Assembly: GCA_963762255.1 (NCBI GenBank)
Contig: CAVXKA010000001.1
Location: 96,001 to 160,000 of the forward strand
From: Candidatus Eiseniibacteriota bacterium
GTDB lineage: Bacteria; Eisenbacteria; RBG-16-71-46; JABDJR01
Reading direction: 5' to 3'
DNA: 64,000 nt
Positions within the stretch are counted from its first letter, which is position 1. Each line of letters starts with the position of its first letter. Below are positions 1-12,847 of the stretch, one piece after another. The notes below the pieces were generated by a model, which ran no database searches, was not told where the DNA came from, and saw nothing but the letters and a program-made list of their open reading frames with translations. The translations under genes and the position numbers were made by a program.

Positions 1-35
1 GGGGGTCCGGCATGCGCTGACGATGACTGCCTGGT

Positions 36-1192
<1,157 letters not shown>

Positions 1193-1196
<4 letters not shown>

Positions 1197-1873
1197 GACA
1201 CCTCCTCGTCAGGAAACTCCATCACCGGAACTTCGCCCTTCACGATGAGCTTGGGCTCGGTGGCTTTCTGGATATCCTCCACGCTGAACTCGGCTGCGCG
1301 CTCCACCAGCACGAGTCCTTCCGGCGTCACGTCGATCACCGCCATCTCGGTGATGATGCGGTCCACGACCTTGACCCCGGTCAGGGGCAGCGAGCAGCGG
1401 TTCACGATCTTGGCTTCGCCGTCCTTGGATGCGTGGGTCATGATGACCACCACGCGCCGAGCGCCCGCCACCAGATCCATGGCGCCGCCCATCCCTTTCA
1501 CCATCTTGCCGGGGATCATCCAGTTCGCCAGCGTTCCCTCTTTGTCCACTTGCAGCGCGCCGAGGATGCTCAGATCCACGTGCCCGCCGCGAATCATGGC
1601 GAAGGAATCGGCGGAGCTGAAGAACGAGGAGCCTGTCGCCGCGGTCACCGTCTGCTTGCCGGCGTTGATGAGGTCGGCGTCTTCTTCGCCGGCGCGCGGG
1701 AACGGACCGATGCCCAGGAGTCCGTTCTCGGACTGGAACGTGATCGTCATCCCCGGCGGGACATGGTTCGCGATCAGCGTGGGCATCCCGATTCCCAGGT
1801 TCACGTAGTACCCGTCGCGCAGCTCCTGCGCCGCCCTAAGGACGGGTCGTTCTTTGCTCGATACGCTTTTCAT
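1193..1873 (-). CDS. scoB: 3-oxoacid CoA-transferase subunit B
   Basis: [14 protein letters not shown] (catalytic Glu), [13 protein letters not shown]; start codon uncertain. Confidence 0.9.
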
Positions 1874-2589
1874 AGTTCGTCCCCTGGAAGAGGTAGTCCA
1901 CGTAGATCCCCGGCGTGGCCACGACGTCGGGATCGATCTCGCCGATCGCGACCAGCATCTCGAGCCTCGGCGAGGGTGCAGCGGCCGGCGGTGGCCATCA
2001 TCGGATTGAAGTTGCGGGCGGTCATGCGATAAACGAGGTTCCCCGCCGCGTCCCCGAGGAACGCCTTCACGAACGCAAAGTCGGCGGTGATGCTCTCCTC
2101 GAGCACGTACATCCGGCCGTCGAATTCGCGCGTGTCCTTCTTCTTCGACGCCTTCACCGCGCTCCCGTCCTTGCCGTAGAGCATCGGGAGCCCGCCCTCG
2201 GAGATCTGGGTGCCGAAACCGGTCGGCGTGTAGAACGCCGGGATGCCCGCGCCGCCGGCCCGAATCTTCTCGGCGAAGGTCCCCTGCGGCACCAGCTCCA
2301 CCTCCAATTCCCCTTGCAGGAACTGGCTCTCGAAGGTCTTGTTCTCGCCCACGTAGGTCGAGACCATCTTCCTGACCTGCCGGGTTTGCAGAAGGAGTCC
2401 GATCCCGAAATCGTCCACTCCGGCGTTGTTGCTGATCATGGTGAGATCCTTCACCCCCAGCTCGCGGGTGGCGAGGATCAGGTTCTCGGGGATCCCGCAG
2501 AGACCGAAACCTCCGAGCAGGACCGTGGCTCCGTCCTTGAGCCCCGCCTTCTGGAGCGCCTCGGCGGCGTCCTTCACGATCTTGTTCAT
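1836..2589 (-). CDS. scoA: 3-oxoacid CoA-transferase subunit A (one apparent frameshift near 1965)
   Basis: [38 protein letters not shown]; removing one base near 1965 restores the C-terminus [24 protein letters not shown]...[11 protein letters not shown] with TAG at 1836. Confidence 0.88.
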
Positions 2590-2603
2590 GCTCGTCTTCC
2601 TCT

Positions 2604-3338
2604 CTAGAACCGCACCCGCACCTCGGTGAACCGCTCCTCGGTGAGCGTCACCGCGCGCTCCACCGAGCCCAGGCCGGGCGCGCTCACGCGCACCAGATAG
2701 GGATTCTCAAACGTAACCGGAACCGCATCCCCGCTCTCGGGATCCACGGTCAGCGCGTCGAAGCCGGTCGGGAACGGCGCGAACTCGGCGCGTTCCCCGT
2801 CACGTGATGGCCTCGCCGTCGCGCTCCACAACAGCCACCGACACGCTCCATCAGCCGACTCGCGCAGGGCGTAGTAGTGCCCGTTGAATACGAAGCCCCC
2901 CGCACTGTCCAGGCACTTCCAGTGGACGGGATAGATACCCTCCGGAACGAGCGCGCCCGAATCGTCGCGCTGATTCCACGCCGGCATCCGCTCCCGCCAC
3001 GGGAGATCCGGCTCGGTGCGCATCACCTCACCGAGAAGATTGCGGATCTCGAGCGACCCGTGCGTGCAAAGCGGCTGAGCGACCGGAGCCCGAAACGGCG
3101 TCGGCTTCGTGGGGCAGGTCGGCGGCGGCACCGCGTTCTCCTGCCACAGCTCCACCTGGATCGAATCGAGATCGGCCGCTGCGCCCTCGAACACGATCCG
3201 CAAGCCCGCCCCTTCCAGCGCGTCGGCTCGCGTCGAATCGTCGCAGGCGACAAGCGCGAGCGCCAAGACGACGACCGACATCGCTGCCGGCACGGCCGCC
3301 AGCGCCGCACCGCCCCATCCCGTTCCTGCTCTCTTCAA
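2604..3338 (-). CDS. Hypothetical lipoprotein, possible FlgD-like Ig domain
   Basis: Hydrophobic stretch ending LALVA-C (lipobox-like); [12 protein letters not shown]...[16 protein letters not shown] resembles FlgD-Ig; TTG start chosen so as not to overlap the upstream gene. Confidence 0.55.
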   Translation of the reverse strand: MKRAGTGWGGAALAAVPAAMSVVVLALALVACDDSTRADALEGAGLRIVFEGAAADLDSIQVELWQENAVPPPTCPTKPTPFRAPVAQPLCTHGSLEIRNLLGEVMRTEPDLPWRERMPAWNQRDDSGALVPEGIYPVHWKCLDSAGGFVFNGHYYALRESADGACRWLLWSATARPSRDGERAEFAPFPTGFDALTVDPESGDAVPVTFENPYLVRVSAPGLGSVERAVTLTEERFTEVRVRF

Positions 3339-3348
3339 GATCGCCCGC

Positions 3349-3762
3349 TCACGCCCGCGCGCGCGGAGAGGACTGAAACCACTCCTTGATGTAGACCGCG
3401 ATCTCCGGGGTCGGCGTGCCCGGACCGAAGAGCTTGCCAACGCCGATCTCCGCCAAGGCCTGCATGTCCTGCTCGGGGATGATGCCGCCGCCGGTGATGA
3501 GAATGTCGTCGGCGCCTTTCTCCTTGAGCAACTCCACCAGCCGGCGGAACAGCGTCATGTGCGCGCCGGAGAGGATGCTCAGCGCCACCACGTCCACGTC
3601 CTCCTGCACGGCCATGTTCACCAGAGCCTCGGGGGTTTGATGCAGTCCCGAGTAGATGACCTCCATGCCGGCGTCGCGCAACGCCGCCGCCACCACCTTC
3701 GCCCCCCGGTCGTGGCCGTCCAGACCGGGCTTGCCCACCAGGACTCGGATCTTGTGTTCCAT
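3349..3762 (-). CDS. Cobalamin-binding small subunit of acyl-CoA mutase
   Basis: [12 protein letters not shown] (DxHxxG), SILSGAH, GGGIIP. Confidence 0.95.
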   Translation of the reverse strand: MEHKIRVLVGKPGLDGHDRGAKVVAAALRDAGMEVIYSGLHQTPEALVNMAVQEDVDVVALSILSGAHMTLFRRLVELLKEKGADDILITGGGIIPEQDMQALAEIGVGKLFGPGTPTPEIAVYIKEWFQSSPRARA

Positions 3763-3811
3763 GCTCCGTCCCCTCGTCTTTCCGTCCCGCGCGCCCTGTT
3801 GCGCGATCTCC

Positions 3812-5473
3812 CTAGAACGAGTACGCCGGCTCGTGGTACTCGCCGAAGACCCCTCTCAACGTTTCGATCATCTCGCCGCCGGTGCACCCGGCGTGCGCGC
3901 AGCGGATGAGGTGCGGGACCACGTTCTCGGTTCCCTCGGCGGCCCCGCGCAGTCCGGCCAGCGCCGCTTTCACCTCGTGCGCGTCGCGCTCCCGGCGCAG
4001 TCGCGCGAGGTGCTCGTTCTGCGCCCGCTCCGACGACTCGTCGATGTAGAGGATCGGGATCTCGATCTTCTCGTTCTCTTCGATGTAGTCGTTCACGCCC
4101 ACGATGATCCGCTGCCGGCGTTCGATCTCGTCCTGATAGCGTCGGCTGGCGCGGGCGATCTCGTTCTGGAACCAGCCCTTCTCGATCCCGGGCACCACGC
4201 CTCCGACCTTCTTGATCTTCTCGAAATAGTCGTAGGCTTCCTTCTCCAAACGGTTGGTCAGCGCCTCCACGTAGTAGGAGCCGCCCAGCGGATCGACGGT
4301 GTTGGTGACGCCGAGCTCGTGGGCGATGATCTGCTGCGTGCGAAGAGCGATCTTCGCCGCCTTCTCGCTGGGCAGCGCCAGCGTCTCGTCCATGGCGTTG
4401 GTGTGGAGCGACTGGGTGCCGCCGAAGACCGCGGCCAGCGCCTCGAAGGCGGTGCGCACGATATTGTTCTCGGGCTGCTGCGCGGTGAGAGAAACCCCCG
4501 CGGTCTGGGTATGGAAGCGCACCAGCCAGGAGCGCGGGTCCTTGGCCTTGTAGCGCCCCCGCATCTCGCGGGCCCAGATCCGCCGCGCGGCGCGCATCTT
4601 GGCGATCTCCTCGAAGAAGTCCTGATGGCAGTCCCAGAAGAACGAGAGACGCGGCGCGAACGTGTCGACGTCCATCCCCGCCTTCATTCCCCGCTCCACG
4701 TACTCGAACCCGTTGGCCAGCGTGAAGGCCAGCTCCTGCGCCGCGGTCGAGCCCGCCTCGCGAATGTGGTAGCCGGAGATCGAGATCGAGTTCCACTGGG
4801 GCACGTGCTCGGCGCAGTGGGCCATGAGGTCGGTGATGAGCCGCAGCGCGGGCTCGGGGGGGAAGCACCACGCGTGCTGCGCGATGTACTCCTTCAAGAT
4901 GTCGTTCTGCAGCGTGCCGCGAAGGTCCTTCGGGCTCACGCCCTGTTTCTCGGCGGCGGCCACGTAGAACGCGAACAGCACGACCGCGGGGCCGTTGATG
5001 GTCATCGAGGTCGAGATCTTGTCGAGAGGGATCCCGTCGAAGAGCCGCTGCATGTCGCGCATGCTGTCGATGGCGACCCCGCACTTGCCCACCTCGCCGC
5101 GCGCGCGCGGATGATCGGAGTCGTAGCCCATCAACGTCGGGAAGTCGAACGCCACCGAGAGACCGGTCTGCCCGTGCTTCAGGAGGTAGTGATAGCGCGC
5201 GTTGGTGTCGGCGGCGGAGCCGTAGCCCGAAAACTGACGGTGCGTCCAGAGCCTGCCGCGGTACATGTTGGGGTGGATGCCGCGCGTGTAGGGGTACTCG
5301 CCGGGAAAGCCGAGATCGCGTTGGTAATCGAGATCGGCCACGTCCGCCGGCGTGTAGAGCGGCTGCACCGGCTCGCCCGAGATCGTCTCGAAGAGGACGT
5401 CGCGATCGGCGCTCCGCTCCGCCGCGCGCGCCTTCCACCGCTCGTAGTCCTGGCGGAGCTGTCCGAGATCCAT
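3812..5473 (-). CDS. Methylmalonyl-CoA mutase family large (substrate-binding) subunit
   Basis: [46 protein letters not shown]. Confidence 0.95.
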   Translation of the reverse strand: MDLGQLRQDYERWKARAAERSADRDVLFETISGEPVQPLYTPADVADLDYQRDLGFPGEYPYTRGIHPNMYRGRLWTHRQFSGYGSAADTNARYHYLLKHGQTGLSVAFDFPTLMGYDSDHPRARGEVGKCGVAIDSMRDMQRLFDGIPLDKISTSMTINGPAVVLFAFYVAAAEKQGVSPKDLRGTLQNDILKEYIAQHAWCFPPEPALRLITDLMAHCAEHVPQWNSISISGYHIREAGSTAAQELAFTLANGFEYVERGMKAGMDVDTFAPRLSFFWDCHQDFFEEIAKMRAARRIWAREMRGRYKAKDPRSWLVRFHTQTAGVSLTAQQPENNIVRTAFEALAAVFGGTQSLHTNAMDETLALPSEKAAKIALRTQQIIAHELGVTNTVDPLGGSYYVEALTNRLEKEAYDYFEKIKKVGGVVPGIEKGWFQNEIARASRRYQDEIERRQRIIVGVNDYIEENEKIEIPILYIDESSERAQNEHLARLRRERDAHEVKAALAGLRGAAEGTENVVPHLIRCAHAGCTGGEMIETLRGVFGEYHEPAYSF

Positions 5474-5489
5474 ACCGCCTCCGTTCCGT

Positions 5490-6464
5490 CTAGTCCATGC
5501 CCGCAGCGGCGCCGGTCCCGCCGAGGCGGCTCAAAACCTCCCGCGCCGCGTCGTGGGGCGTCAGCTCGCGCCGCGTCACGCGATCGAGGATCTCTTCGAG
5601 CCGCGGCCCGCCGTCGGTTTCCATCCGGTTCAAGAGTTCCTGCCGCGCCTCGCTCAGAAGCCGCAGCTTGAGCGTGCGCCGCCGCCGCGCCTCGAACACG
5701 CCGGTCGCGGCGTTGTGAGCGCGATGGCGCCCCACCGCCTCGATCAGTTCGGCCAGCCCCTCGTTGCGCGACGCCGTGGTCTTGAGCACCTCCGGCCGCC
5801 ATCCATCGCGAGTGCGCGCGAGTTCCAGCATCGACACCACTTCGTTCACGAGTTGATCCGCGCCGTCGCGGTCCGCCTTGTTCACCACGATGAGATCCCC
5901 GATCTCCATGAGACCCGCCTTCATCGCCTGAATCGCGTCCCCCGACTCGGGCACCAGCACCACGGCCACCGAATCGGTCGCCGTTGCGATGTCCAGCTCC
6001 ACCTGTCCGACCCCAACGGTCTCCACGAGAATCATGGTGAACCCGGCCGCGTCCAACAGGTCGAGTGCCTCGTCGGTTGCCGCGGCCAGCCCACCGAGGC
6101 TCCCGCGCGTGGCCATGCTCCGCATGTAGATCTGCGGATCCTCGGAAAGCTCGATCATGCGATAGCGATCGCCCAGGAGCGCGCCGCCGGTGAACGGCGA
6201 CGTGGGGTCCACCGCCACCACCGCGACCTTCTCTCCGCGATCGCGCAGGAGAATGGCGAGTCGCGCGATGAGCGTGCTCTTCCCTGCGCCCGGAGGACCG
6301 GTGATCCCCAGTCGATAGGCGTGACCGGTCTTCGGATAGACCCTGCGCAGCACCTCCCCGATGCGCGCGTCCCGGTTCTCAGCCCAACTGATGAGCCGCG
6401 CCAACGCCAGCGTGTCGCGCGTGGCAAGCCCTGCCACCAGGCTATCGATGCTGTTCCTGTTCAC
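5490..6464 (-). CDS. meaB: MeaB/ArgK GTPase chaperone of acyl-CoA mutase
   Basis: [31 protein letters not shown]; adjacent to the mutase genes. Confidence 0.95.
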   Translation of the reverse strand: MNRNSIDSLVAGLATRDTLALARLISWAENRDARIGEVLRRVYPKTGHAYRLGITGPPGAGKSTLIARLAILLRDRGEKVAVVAVDPTSPFTGGALLGDRYRMIELSEDPQIYMRSMATRGSLGGLAAATDEALDLLDAAGFTMILVETVGVGQVELDIATATDSVAVVLVPESGDAIQAMKAGLMEIGDLIVVNKADRDGADQLVNEVVSMLELARTRDGWRPEVLKTTASRNEGLAELIEAVGRHRAHNAATGVFEARRRRTLKLRLLSEARQELLNRMETDGGPRLEEILDRVTRRELTPHDAAREVLSRLGGTGAAAGMD

Positions 6465-6657
6465 GAGACCTCACGGCTGGGCGATGACGCGGCGGCAACC
6501 GAGGCGGTCTCCTATGGAAGCACTCGCCCCGGTTATGCGGGCAACAGTCGAGGAACCGCGATAAACCCTAACAGGGCTTAGGCTTGAGGTCAATCGATGG
6601 GGAACATGGAGATGCAGATTAGTGCACGCGTGGATAGCAGGGGGAGGCAGCACGGGG

Positions 6658-6699
6658 AAAAAGAAAGCGGGCCCGAGGTGTGTCCGGTTCGGGCCCGCT
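6658..6699 (-). terminator. Rho-independent terminator
   Basis: Perfect 11-bp inverted repeat AGCGGGCCCGA/TCGGGCCCGCT followed on the minus strand by a T-rich tract. Confidence 0.7.
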
Positions 6700-6828
6700 C
6701 AAGAAGTCCAACGAGCTGGTTCGGTAGTACTCTTCCCTGTTCTTTGGAGGTGCAAGAGAGACTCAGAGAAGTCGGGTTTGGCTCGTCGGCCTTCGCGCGT
6801 GTCTTGCAACGACTGCAAGTCCTCATAC

Positions 6829-6844
6829 TGCAAGAAGAAGGCCG
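6829..6844 (-). promoter_or_regulatory. Possible sigma54 -24/-12 element
   Basis: Minus strand CGGCCTTCTTCTTGCA has GG-N10-GC with TTGCA. Confidence 0.35.
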
Positions 6845-6987
6845 TATTCCAGCCAGGGTCAGAATCGCCCGGTCCTATTCGTTAAGTTTATGTCAATCAA
6901 TATGTTCCAACTGGAGAGGCTGCCCCGCAGGCAACTTCCAATGAGGGACTCCCGGCTCAAAACGGTCAGCGGGTGCCCACCTTCTGG

Positions 6988-7254
6988 CTATTCGCTATCC
7001 AGCGGAGGCTTGTCGCTCCCCTTACGATCCGGCCACTGGGGATGGAAACCACCGCCTGCCCGACGCTTGTAGCCAGGTTTCTTGCGGTAATCCCCGGCCC
7101 GAGTCCGGCCCCAGTCGGGCCGGAATCTCTTGGGCCCCTTCCTCCGCTTGATCTCCGCTCGCTCTCTGTTCTGGAGGTAGGTCCCGACGAGGATCACGAG
7201 AAGAAGAATGGACCCGACGACGACGGCAGGGTTGGCGAAGAGGCGGTCAAGCAT
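6988..7254 (-). CDS. Small membrane-anchored hypothetical protein (88 aa)
   Basis: N-terminal hydrophobic helix AVVVGSILLLVILVGTYL followed by a basic tail. Confidence 0.5.
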   Translation of the reverse strand: MLDRLFANPAVVVGSILLLVILVGTYLQNRERAEIKRRKGPKRFRPDWGRTRAGDYRKKPGYKRRAGGGFHPQWPDRKGSDKPPLDSE

Positions 7255-7391
7255 TGTGCAGCTTCCGAATGCAAACTGACCGGTGAGAGGGGGAAGCGCC
7301 GCCGATCGGCCAGGCAAACTCCCCCCCCATTGCAGCCGTATTCGATCATGCCACAACGAACTCGGGACGGCCAGCGCGGTTCGGAGTGCAC

Positions 7392-7408
7392 TTGGCATCA
7401 CCCCTGCA
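7392..7408 (+). promoter_or_regulatory. Sigma54-type -24/-12 promoter
   Basis: TTGGCATCACCCCTGCA, close to the TGGCAC-N5-TTGCW consensus with exact GG-N10-GC spacing, directly upstream of the 6S-like RNA. Confidence 0.55.
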
Positions 7409-7423
7409 ATAGTGATGGGTTGT

Positions 7424-7598
7424 GGCCGGCGGCAGTCTCCCTGCACGGCCCGTGAGGTTTCGCGTCTCTTGAGTCAACAAGCCGATCTTGGGACCTGGCT
7501 GCCTTACCCCAAGTTGGGAAGTCACTGCCGGACCCGCCTTTGAATCGGATTCAAGTGACCCGGATGCCCACGGCTCAGCGGGGAGGCTGGCGCCGGTC
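7424..7598 (+). ncRNA. ssrS: 6S RNA-like non-coding RNA
   Basis: Terminal stem AGTCTCCCTGC (7434) pairs with GCGGGGAGGCT (7588); CCGTG pairs with CACGG; CTTGAGTCAAC and the hairpin TTGAATCGGATTCAAG resemble conserved 6S elements; about 175 nt, intergenic. Confidence 0.72.
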
Positions 7599-7655
7599 GC
7601 TCGTTTATCCCCCGCACTATTGAAGGCGCCGCCGTCGCCGCGTGCCCCCCCCAAC

Positions 7656-8045
7656 TCACATTCTGTACCGGCCGGTGGCATTGAACGCCGCCTGGATGTG
7701 CCGAACCACGAGCGCCGCACTTTCCCCCGGCAACGGCTCCAGGGTCACCACATCGAACCGCACGCGAACGCCGGTCAGACCCGTCACCCTCAGATAGCCG
7801 ACCGTCGCGGTCTCAAGATCGCGCTGCTTCTGCGGGGTCACGGCCAGCGCGGCGCGCTGATGGCCGTACGCCCGGTACTTCACTTCGACGATGGCGAGCA
7901 CCGGGCCGAGGCGCGCGATGAGATCGATTTCGAGACGGCTGAAGCGATAATTCCGCTCGAGGATCTGGTAGCCGCGCAAAGCGAGGAAGGCGGCGGCCAG
8001 GGTTTCGGCGTGGCGGCCGCGATCGACATGGGATGCCGGTTGCAT
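7656..8045 (-). CDS. yraN: YraN (UPF0102) family PD-(D/E)XK nuclease-like protein
   Basis: GYQILERNYR, EIDLIA, VEVKYR, RFDVV; usual neighbour of rplS. Confidence 0.92.
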   Translation of the reverse strand: MQPASHVDRGRHAETLAAAFLALRGYQILERNYRFSRLEIDLIARLGPVLAIVEVKYRAYGHQRAALAVTPQKQRDLETATVGYLRVTGLTGVRVRFDVVTLEPLPGESAALVVRHIQAAFNATGRYRM

Positions 8046-8140
8046 GGTGTGAGCCCCCGGACGGGGGCGTTGAGGAGGCGAGCGGAGCGGCGGGGGCCCT
8101 CATGCTTGATCGCGCGCGCGCGGGCCGTCAAGATCGGGGC

Positions 8141-10124
8141 ATGCGCTCACCCGAAGCCGACGTGCCGCCCCTCGTCTATGTCCCCGAACCCGGCGGGGCC
8201 GAACGCGCCCTCGACCTGGAGTGGATCGAGACCGACGGGCTCGGCGGATTCGCATCCTCCACCGTGGCACTGGCCAATACGCGCTGCTACCACGCCGTCT
8301 TCGCTCCGGCGGTGCATCCCCCGCTCGGCCGCATGGTTCTCTGGGCGGCATCCGAGGAACGGTTGATGCTGGGCGGAGGCGAGATGGTGGCTCTTGGCGC
8401 GCGGCATGGGGCGGACGGCATAGTCTTCCCGCGCGGGTTCGAGCGGCTCGAGCGGTTCGAGGCGCGGCCGTGGCCTCGGTGGACCTACGCCATCGACGGC
8501 GCCCATCTCATTCGCGAGCACTTTCTCGTGCACGGCGCGGGGGATGCGATCCTCGGCTATACGTGGTCGGGCCCGACGGCGGTGGAGCTGCGCGTGCGGC
8601 CGCTCCTGGCGTTTCGCGACTATCACTCGGTGGGACAGCGTGACGGCGCCACCGGGACGATCGAGCGACCGCGCGGCGGCGTGACGGTCTTTCGCTTCCG
8701 CGGTGACTCGCCGACGTTGTTCGTGGAGTCGGATGGAAGCGCGTTCGTCGAGAGCCCGAAGTGGATCGAGGGGATCGCGCTCCCCATCGAGACGGAGCGA
8801 GGTCTCCCCGACCGCGAGGATTGCTGGAGCCCGGGCGAGATCGTGCTGCGCCTCGAGCCAGGCCGCACGGCGTGGCTGCGCGCGGGTCTCGATGCGGATG
8901 CGCCGGGGCACCCCGAGGCTCTGCGCGAGAGCGAGCGAGCGCGCCGCCGCGAGTTGGATGCGCTTGCCGGCCCCGTCCCGCCCGGACTCGAGCCGCTCGT
9001 CATGGCCGCCGACCAATTCCTGGTGAAGCGCGCAGGAAAGAACACGGTGATCGCGGGCTACCCGTGGTTCACCGACTGGGGGCGCGACACCATGATCTCG
9101 CTCCCCGGTCTCACCATCGCCGCCGGGCGCCCGGCGATCGCGCGCGAGCTCATCCTCACCTTTGTCGAGCACATGCGGGACGGGCTCATTCCCAATCGGT
9201 TCCCCGACTCGGGCGAGACCCCCGAGTACAACACGGTGGACGCGACGCTCTGGCTGGCGGTGGCGATGCGCCACACTTGGGAAGCCACCCGGGACACCAG
9301 GTTCGTGCGCGAGATCCTGCCCGCGCTGCGCGAGGCGCGCGACCGTCACATCCACGGTACTCGGCACGGAATTCACGTGGATGCGGACGGCCTTCTGGCC
9401 GCGGGTGAGGCCGGGTGCCAGCTCACATGGATGGACGCCAAGGCGGACGACTGGGTGGTCACCCCGCGGATGGGAAAGCCGGTCGAGATCCAGGCGCTCT
9501 GGTACAACCTGCTTGTGATCGGGGCGGAGCTGGAGATTGTCGTCGGCGGGGATCCCGGTCCCTGGCGCGCGGCGGCGGCACCGGTACCCGATGCGTTCCG
9601 GCGCGCGTTCTGGGATCCCGCGCGCGGCTATCTGGCCGACGTGATCGCCCCCGACGGCGTCGCCGACTGGTCGCTGCGTCCGAACCAACTCTTCGCGCTC
9701 TCGCTGCCGCACGCGCTGGTGGACGCGGAGCAGGCGCGCTCCGTCCTCGCGCTCGTGCGAGCGAAGCTCAACACGCCGCGCGGGCTGCGCTCATTGGATC
9801 CCGCGCATCCCGACTACCATCCGCACTATCTCGGCGATCGACGGACGCGAGACGGCGCGTATCACCAGGGCACGGTGTGGGGTTGGCTGCACGGGCCGTA
9901 CATGGAGGCGCTCTTGCGATACGAGGGCGAGGCGGGGCGCCGCGAAGCGCGCGCGCTTCTCGACGGCTGGGCCGAGCACCTGCACGAGGCCTGCATGGGC
10001 CAGGCGTCCGAGGTCTTCGACGGAGAGTCGCCGCACACGTCGCGAGGGTGTTTCGCGCAGGCGTGGACGGTGGCCGAACTCGTTGAGGATCGCCCGGCTA
10101 CTGGGCGCGCAGTGCGCCGCGTAG
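8141..10124 (+). CDS. Glycogen debranching enzyme (amylo-alpha-1,6-glucosidase), frameshift near C-terminus
   Basis: EWIETDGLGGFASST, IAGYPWFTDWGRDTMISLPG, LTWMDAK, YHQGTVW, AQAWTVAE; removing one base near 10082 gives ELLRIARLLGAQCAA-stop at 10124. Confidence 0.9.
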
Positions 10125-10146
10125 CGAATCGCCCGTCGACCGCAGT

Positions 10147-10177
10147 CCGAAGGGCCGCGAAGCGGGGGCCCCTTCGG
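10147..10177. terminator. GC-rich hairpin between convergent genes
   Basis: CCGAAGGGCC...GGCCCCTTCGG inverted repeat; no U-tract. Confidence 0.35.
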
Positions 10178-10212
10178 CGAGGGCGACCGGCGAGACGCGA
10201 AGCGGCGCGCGA

Positions 10213-10717
10213 TTACTTCTTCTTCTTAGCCGCGGGGGTCGCGGGCTTCACCGTGGCCTTGGCCTTCGGTGCGCCCTTCTTGACGACGGCAGCCTTCGGA
10301 ACGGTCGCTCCCGAGGCCAGGTCGGCGGCCTTCACCGCCTCCAGCACCTCGGCGGCCGACGCGAACTCGGTGCCCAGACGACGTCCGGCGATGCGGGCGG
10401 CCTTGCCCTTGCGATCGCGCATGTAGGTGAGCTGGGCCCGACGCACCTTCCCCACGGTCACGCGCTCGATGAGGATGATGTTGGGCGAGTGGGTCGGAAA
10501 GAGACGCTCGACCGCGATCCCGTTCGAGATCTTGCGGACCTTGAACGTCTCGCGGATTCCGCCGCCCCGCCGGCCGATCACGGTGCCCTGGAACACCTGG
10601 CTACGGACCTTGTCGCCTTCGACGACCTTCACGTGCACGCGGACGGTGTCACCCACCCGAAACTCCGGAATCTCCAGCTTGAGGTTCTGGCGCTCGACTC
10701 GATTGATCGACTTTCAT
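10213..10717 (-). CDS. rplS: 50S ribosomal protein L19 (frameshift near 10708)
   Basis: [35 protein letters not shown]; one-base correction joins ATG 10717 ([13 protein letters not shown]). Confidence 0.95.
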
Positions 10718-10732
10718 GATCGTGTCCTCTAC

Positions 10733-11500
10733 TTACCGAGACCCCGATTCGCGGAGATCCGGTGCCTGTCTTTCCCGGCGCAACCGCTCCAGGAACTTCC
10801 GGTCGCTCTCTGTCAGCTCCGCCTTCTCGAGAAGGTCGGGCCGACGCTGCCACGTCGCCTCGAGCCGCCGCTCCCGCCGCCACCGCGCGATGTTCGCGTG
10901 ATGGCCGGACAAGAGAACCTCGGGCACTCGGCGCCCTTCAAACTCCTCCGGACGGGTGTAGTCGGGATAGCCGAGGAGACCGTCCTCGTGGCTGTCCTCT
11001 TCACCCGACTGCGCGTCGCCCAGCACCCCCGGAAGGAGCCGGGCCACCGCCTCGATCATGACCGCCGCCGCGAGCTCGCCGCCCGCAAGCACGAAGTCGC
11101 CGATCGAGACCTCGTCCGCATCGAGAAGATCGACGACGCGCTCGTCGATCCCCTTGTATCGTCCGCACACGAGGGTGAACGCCTCGAGGCGGCTCCATTC
11201 CCGGGCCAGCGCCTGATCGAAGCGCCGCCCCTTCGCGCTCATGACGATCGCCTTGCCCCGCTCCGCGGGATCGAGGCCTCGCCACGCCGCAACCACCGAA
11301 TCCACCTTCATCACCATCCCGGCGCCGCCCCCGTAGGGAGCATCGTCGGTGGTGCGATGGACGTCGGAGGTGAAGTCCCGTATGTCGATCGCCCGCAGGT
11401 CCAGCGCCTCGCGCTCGCGCGCGATGCGAACCATGCCCTCCGAGAGGGCGGCCTCAACGAGGCCGGGAAACACCGTCAGTACGCGGACGCGGAGGCTCAT
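10733..11500 (-). CDS. trmD: tRNA (guanine37-N1)-methyltransferase
   Basis: DDAPYGGGAGMVM, CGRYKGIDER, SIGDFVLAGGE, YTRP. Confidence 0.97.
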   Translation of the reverse strand: MSLRVRVLTVFPGLVEAALSEGMVRIAREREALDLRAIDIRDFTSDVHRTTDDAPYGGGAGMVMKVDSVVAAWRGLDPAERGKAIVMSAKGRRFDQALAREWSRLEAFTLVCGRYKGIDERVVDLLDADEVSIGDFVLAGGELAAAVMIEAVARLLPGVLGDAQSGEEDSHEDGLLGYPDYTRPEEFEGRRVPEVLLSGHHANIARWRRERRLEATWQRRPDLLEKAELTESDRKFLERLRRERQAPDLRESGSR

Positions 11501-12148
11501 GCCGGTTCGTCTCCGCCGTCTTCGACCGTTCGGGTCTCGTGGGAGCGTGCTCGCGGGCGGGTCCCCCGATTCGCGGCCCGCCCGACTGCGCTCGCTCCCT
11601 CGATCCCCTCCCGTTCGACGGCGGCGGACGGTACCTTCTGCGCCTCTTCGAGGCCAGCCGGCATCTCCACGAGAATCCGCCGGCCCTTCAGATCCACTTC
11701 GCGGATGAAGGGCTCTATCGCGGGGATGAGGATCTCCCCTCTCTCCCCGCGAACCACCAGGAGGTCATGGGCACCGGGCTCCCAGATCTCCTCCACCGTC
11801 CCCAGGGGGACGCCTTCGGTCGTGATCACCTCGAGGCCGATGAGGTCGAACTGGTAGTAGGTCCCCTCGACCAGCGGCGGCAGCCTGTCCTGATCGACGG
11901 ACAGATCCGCACCGGCGAGAGCCTCGGCCTCGTTGCGATCGTCTCAAGTCCTTGAAGGTCACGATCCACCCCTTGGGAGTGGCCCGCACCTTCTCCACCG
12001 TCATGGTGAAGGTCGCGTTCTGGCGCCGGAGCGTGAGCTCCGAACCGGGATCCAGGATCCCGGGCGCATCGCCGTAGCGATCCACCATGACTTCACCGCG
12101 TATGCCGTGGGCGCGTCGCACGCGGCCCACCAGAACGGTCCGGCCCAT
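11497..12148 (-). CDS. rimM: Ribosome maturation factor RimM (frameshift near 11944)
   Basis: VGRVRRAHGIRGEV in one frame; DRNEAEAL...YYQFDLIGLEV...GAHDLLVV...ILIPAI in the next; synteny. Confidence 0.93.
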
Positions 12149-12167
12149 AGTCCCCCGGCCGACGCGG

Positions 12168-12398
<231 letters not shown>

Positions 12399-12404
12399 GG
12401 CCGG

Positions 12405-12847
12405 CTAGGCCTCTTCGCCCTCGGCGGGCGCCGCAGGCTCGGGGGCATCGGCCACTTCGGGCTCCGGCGCCTCCGCGACCGCGGTCGCAGTCTCGGCTTC
12501 GACGGCACGGGCGCCGCTTCGGCCTTGGCCGGCTTGCGTCCCGTCTTCTTGGGCCTCAACTCCTCGGGCGCAGCCGCCTCGAACTCGAGGCTGCCTCGGC
12601 GCGAGATGTGCAAGCTGTTCTCACGCTTCAAGAGCGTGCGCACGGAGTCGGAAAGCTGAGCTCCCCGCTCGGTCCAGTAAGCTACCTTGTCGCGGTCGAC
12701 GTTGACGACCACGGGATCTTCGAGCGGGTTGTAGTAGCCGATCTCCTCCACCGAGCGGCCGTCGCGCTGCTTGCGCGAATCGATGACCACCACGCGGTAG
12801 AAGGGGCGGTTCTTCCCCCCAGCCCGACTCAATCGAATCATGAGCAC
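12405..12847 (-). CDS. rpsP: 30S ribosomal protein S16 with acidic tail (frameshift near 12505)
   Basis: IRLSRAGGKNRPFYRVVVIDSRKQRDG; GGAGGAG RBS before GTG 12847; shifted frame gives an Ala/Glu/Pro tail ending TAG 12405. Confidence 0.95.

Noticed and set aside
8033-10426. 797-aa version of the debranching enzyme overlapping rplS
   Set aside because: Extension arises from a one-base shift near 10082; the true stop is probably 10124
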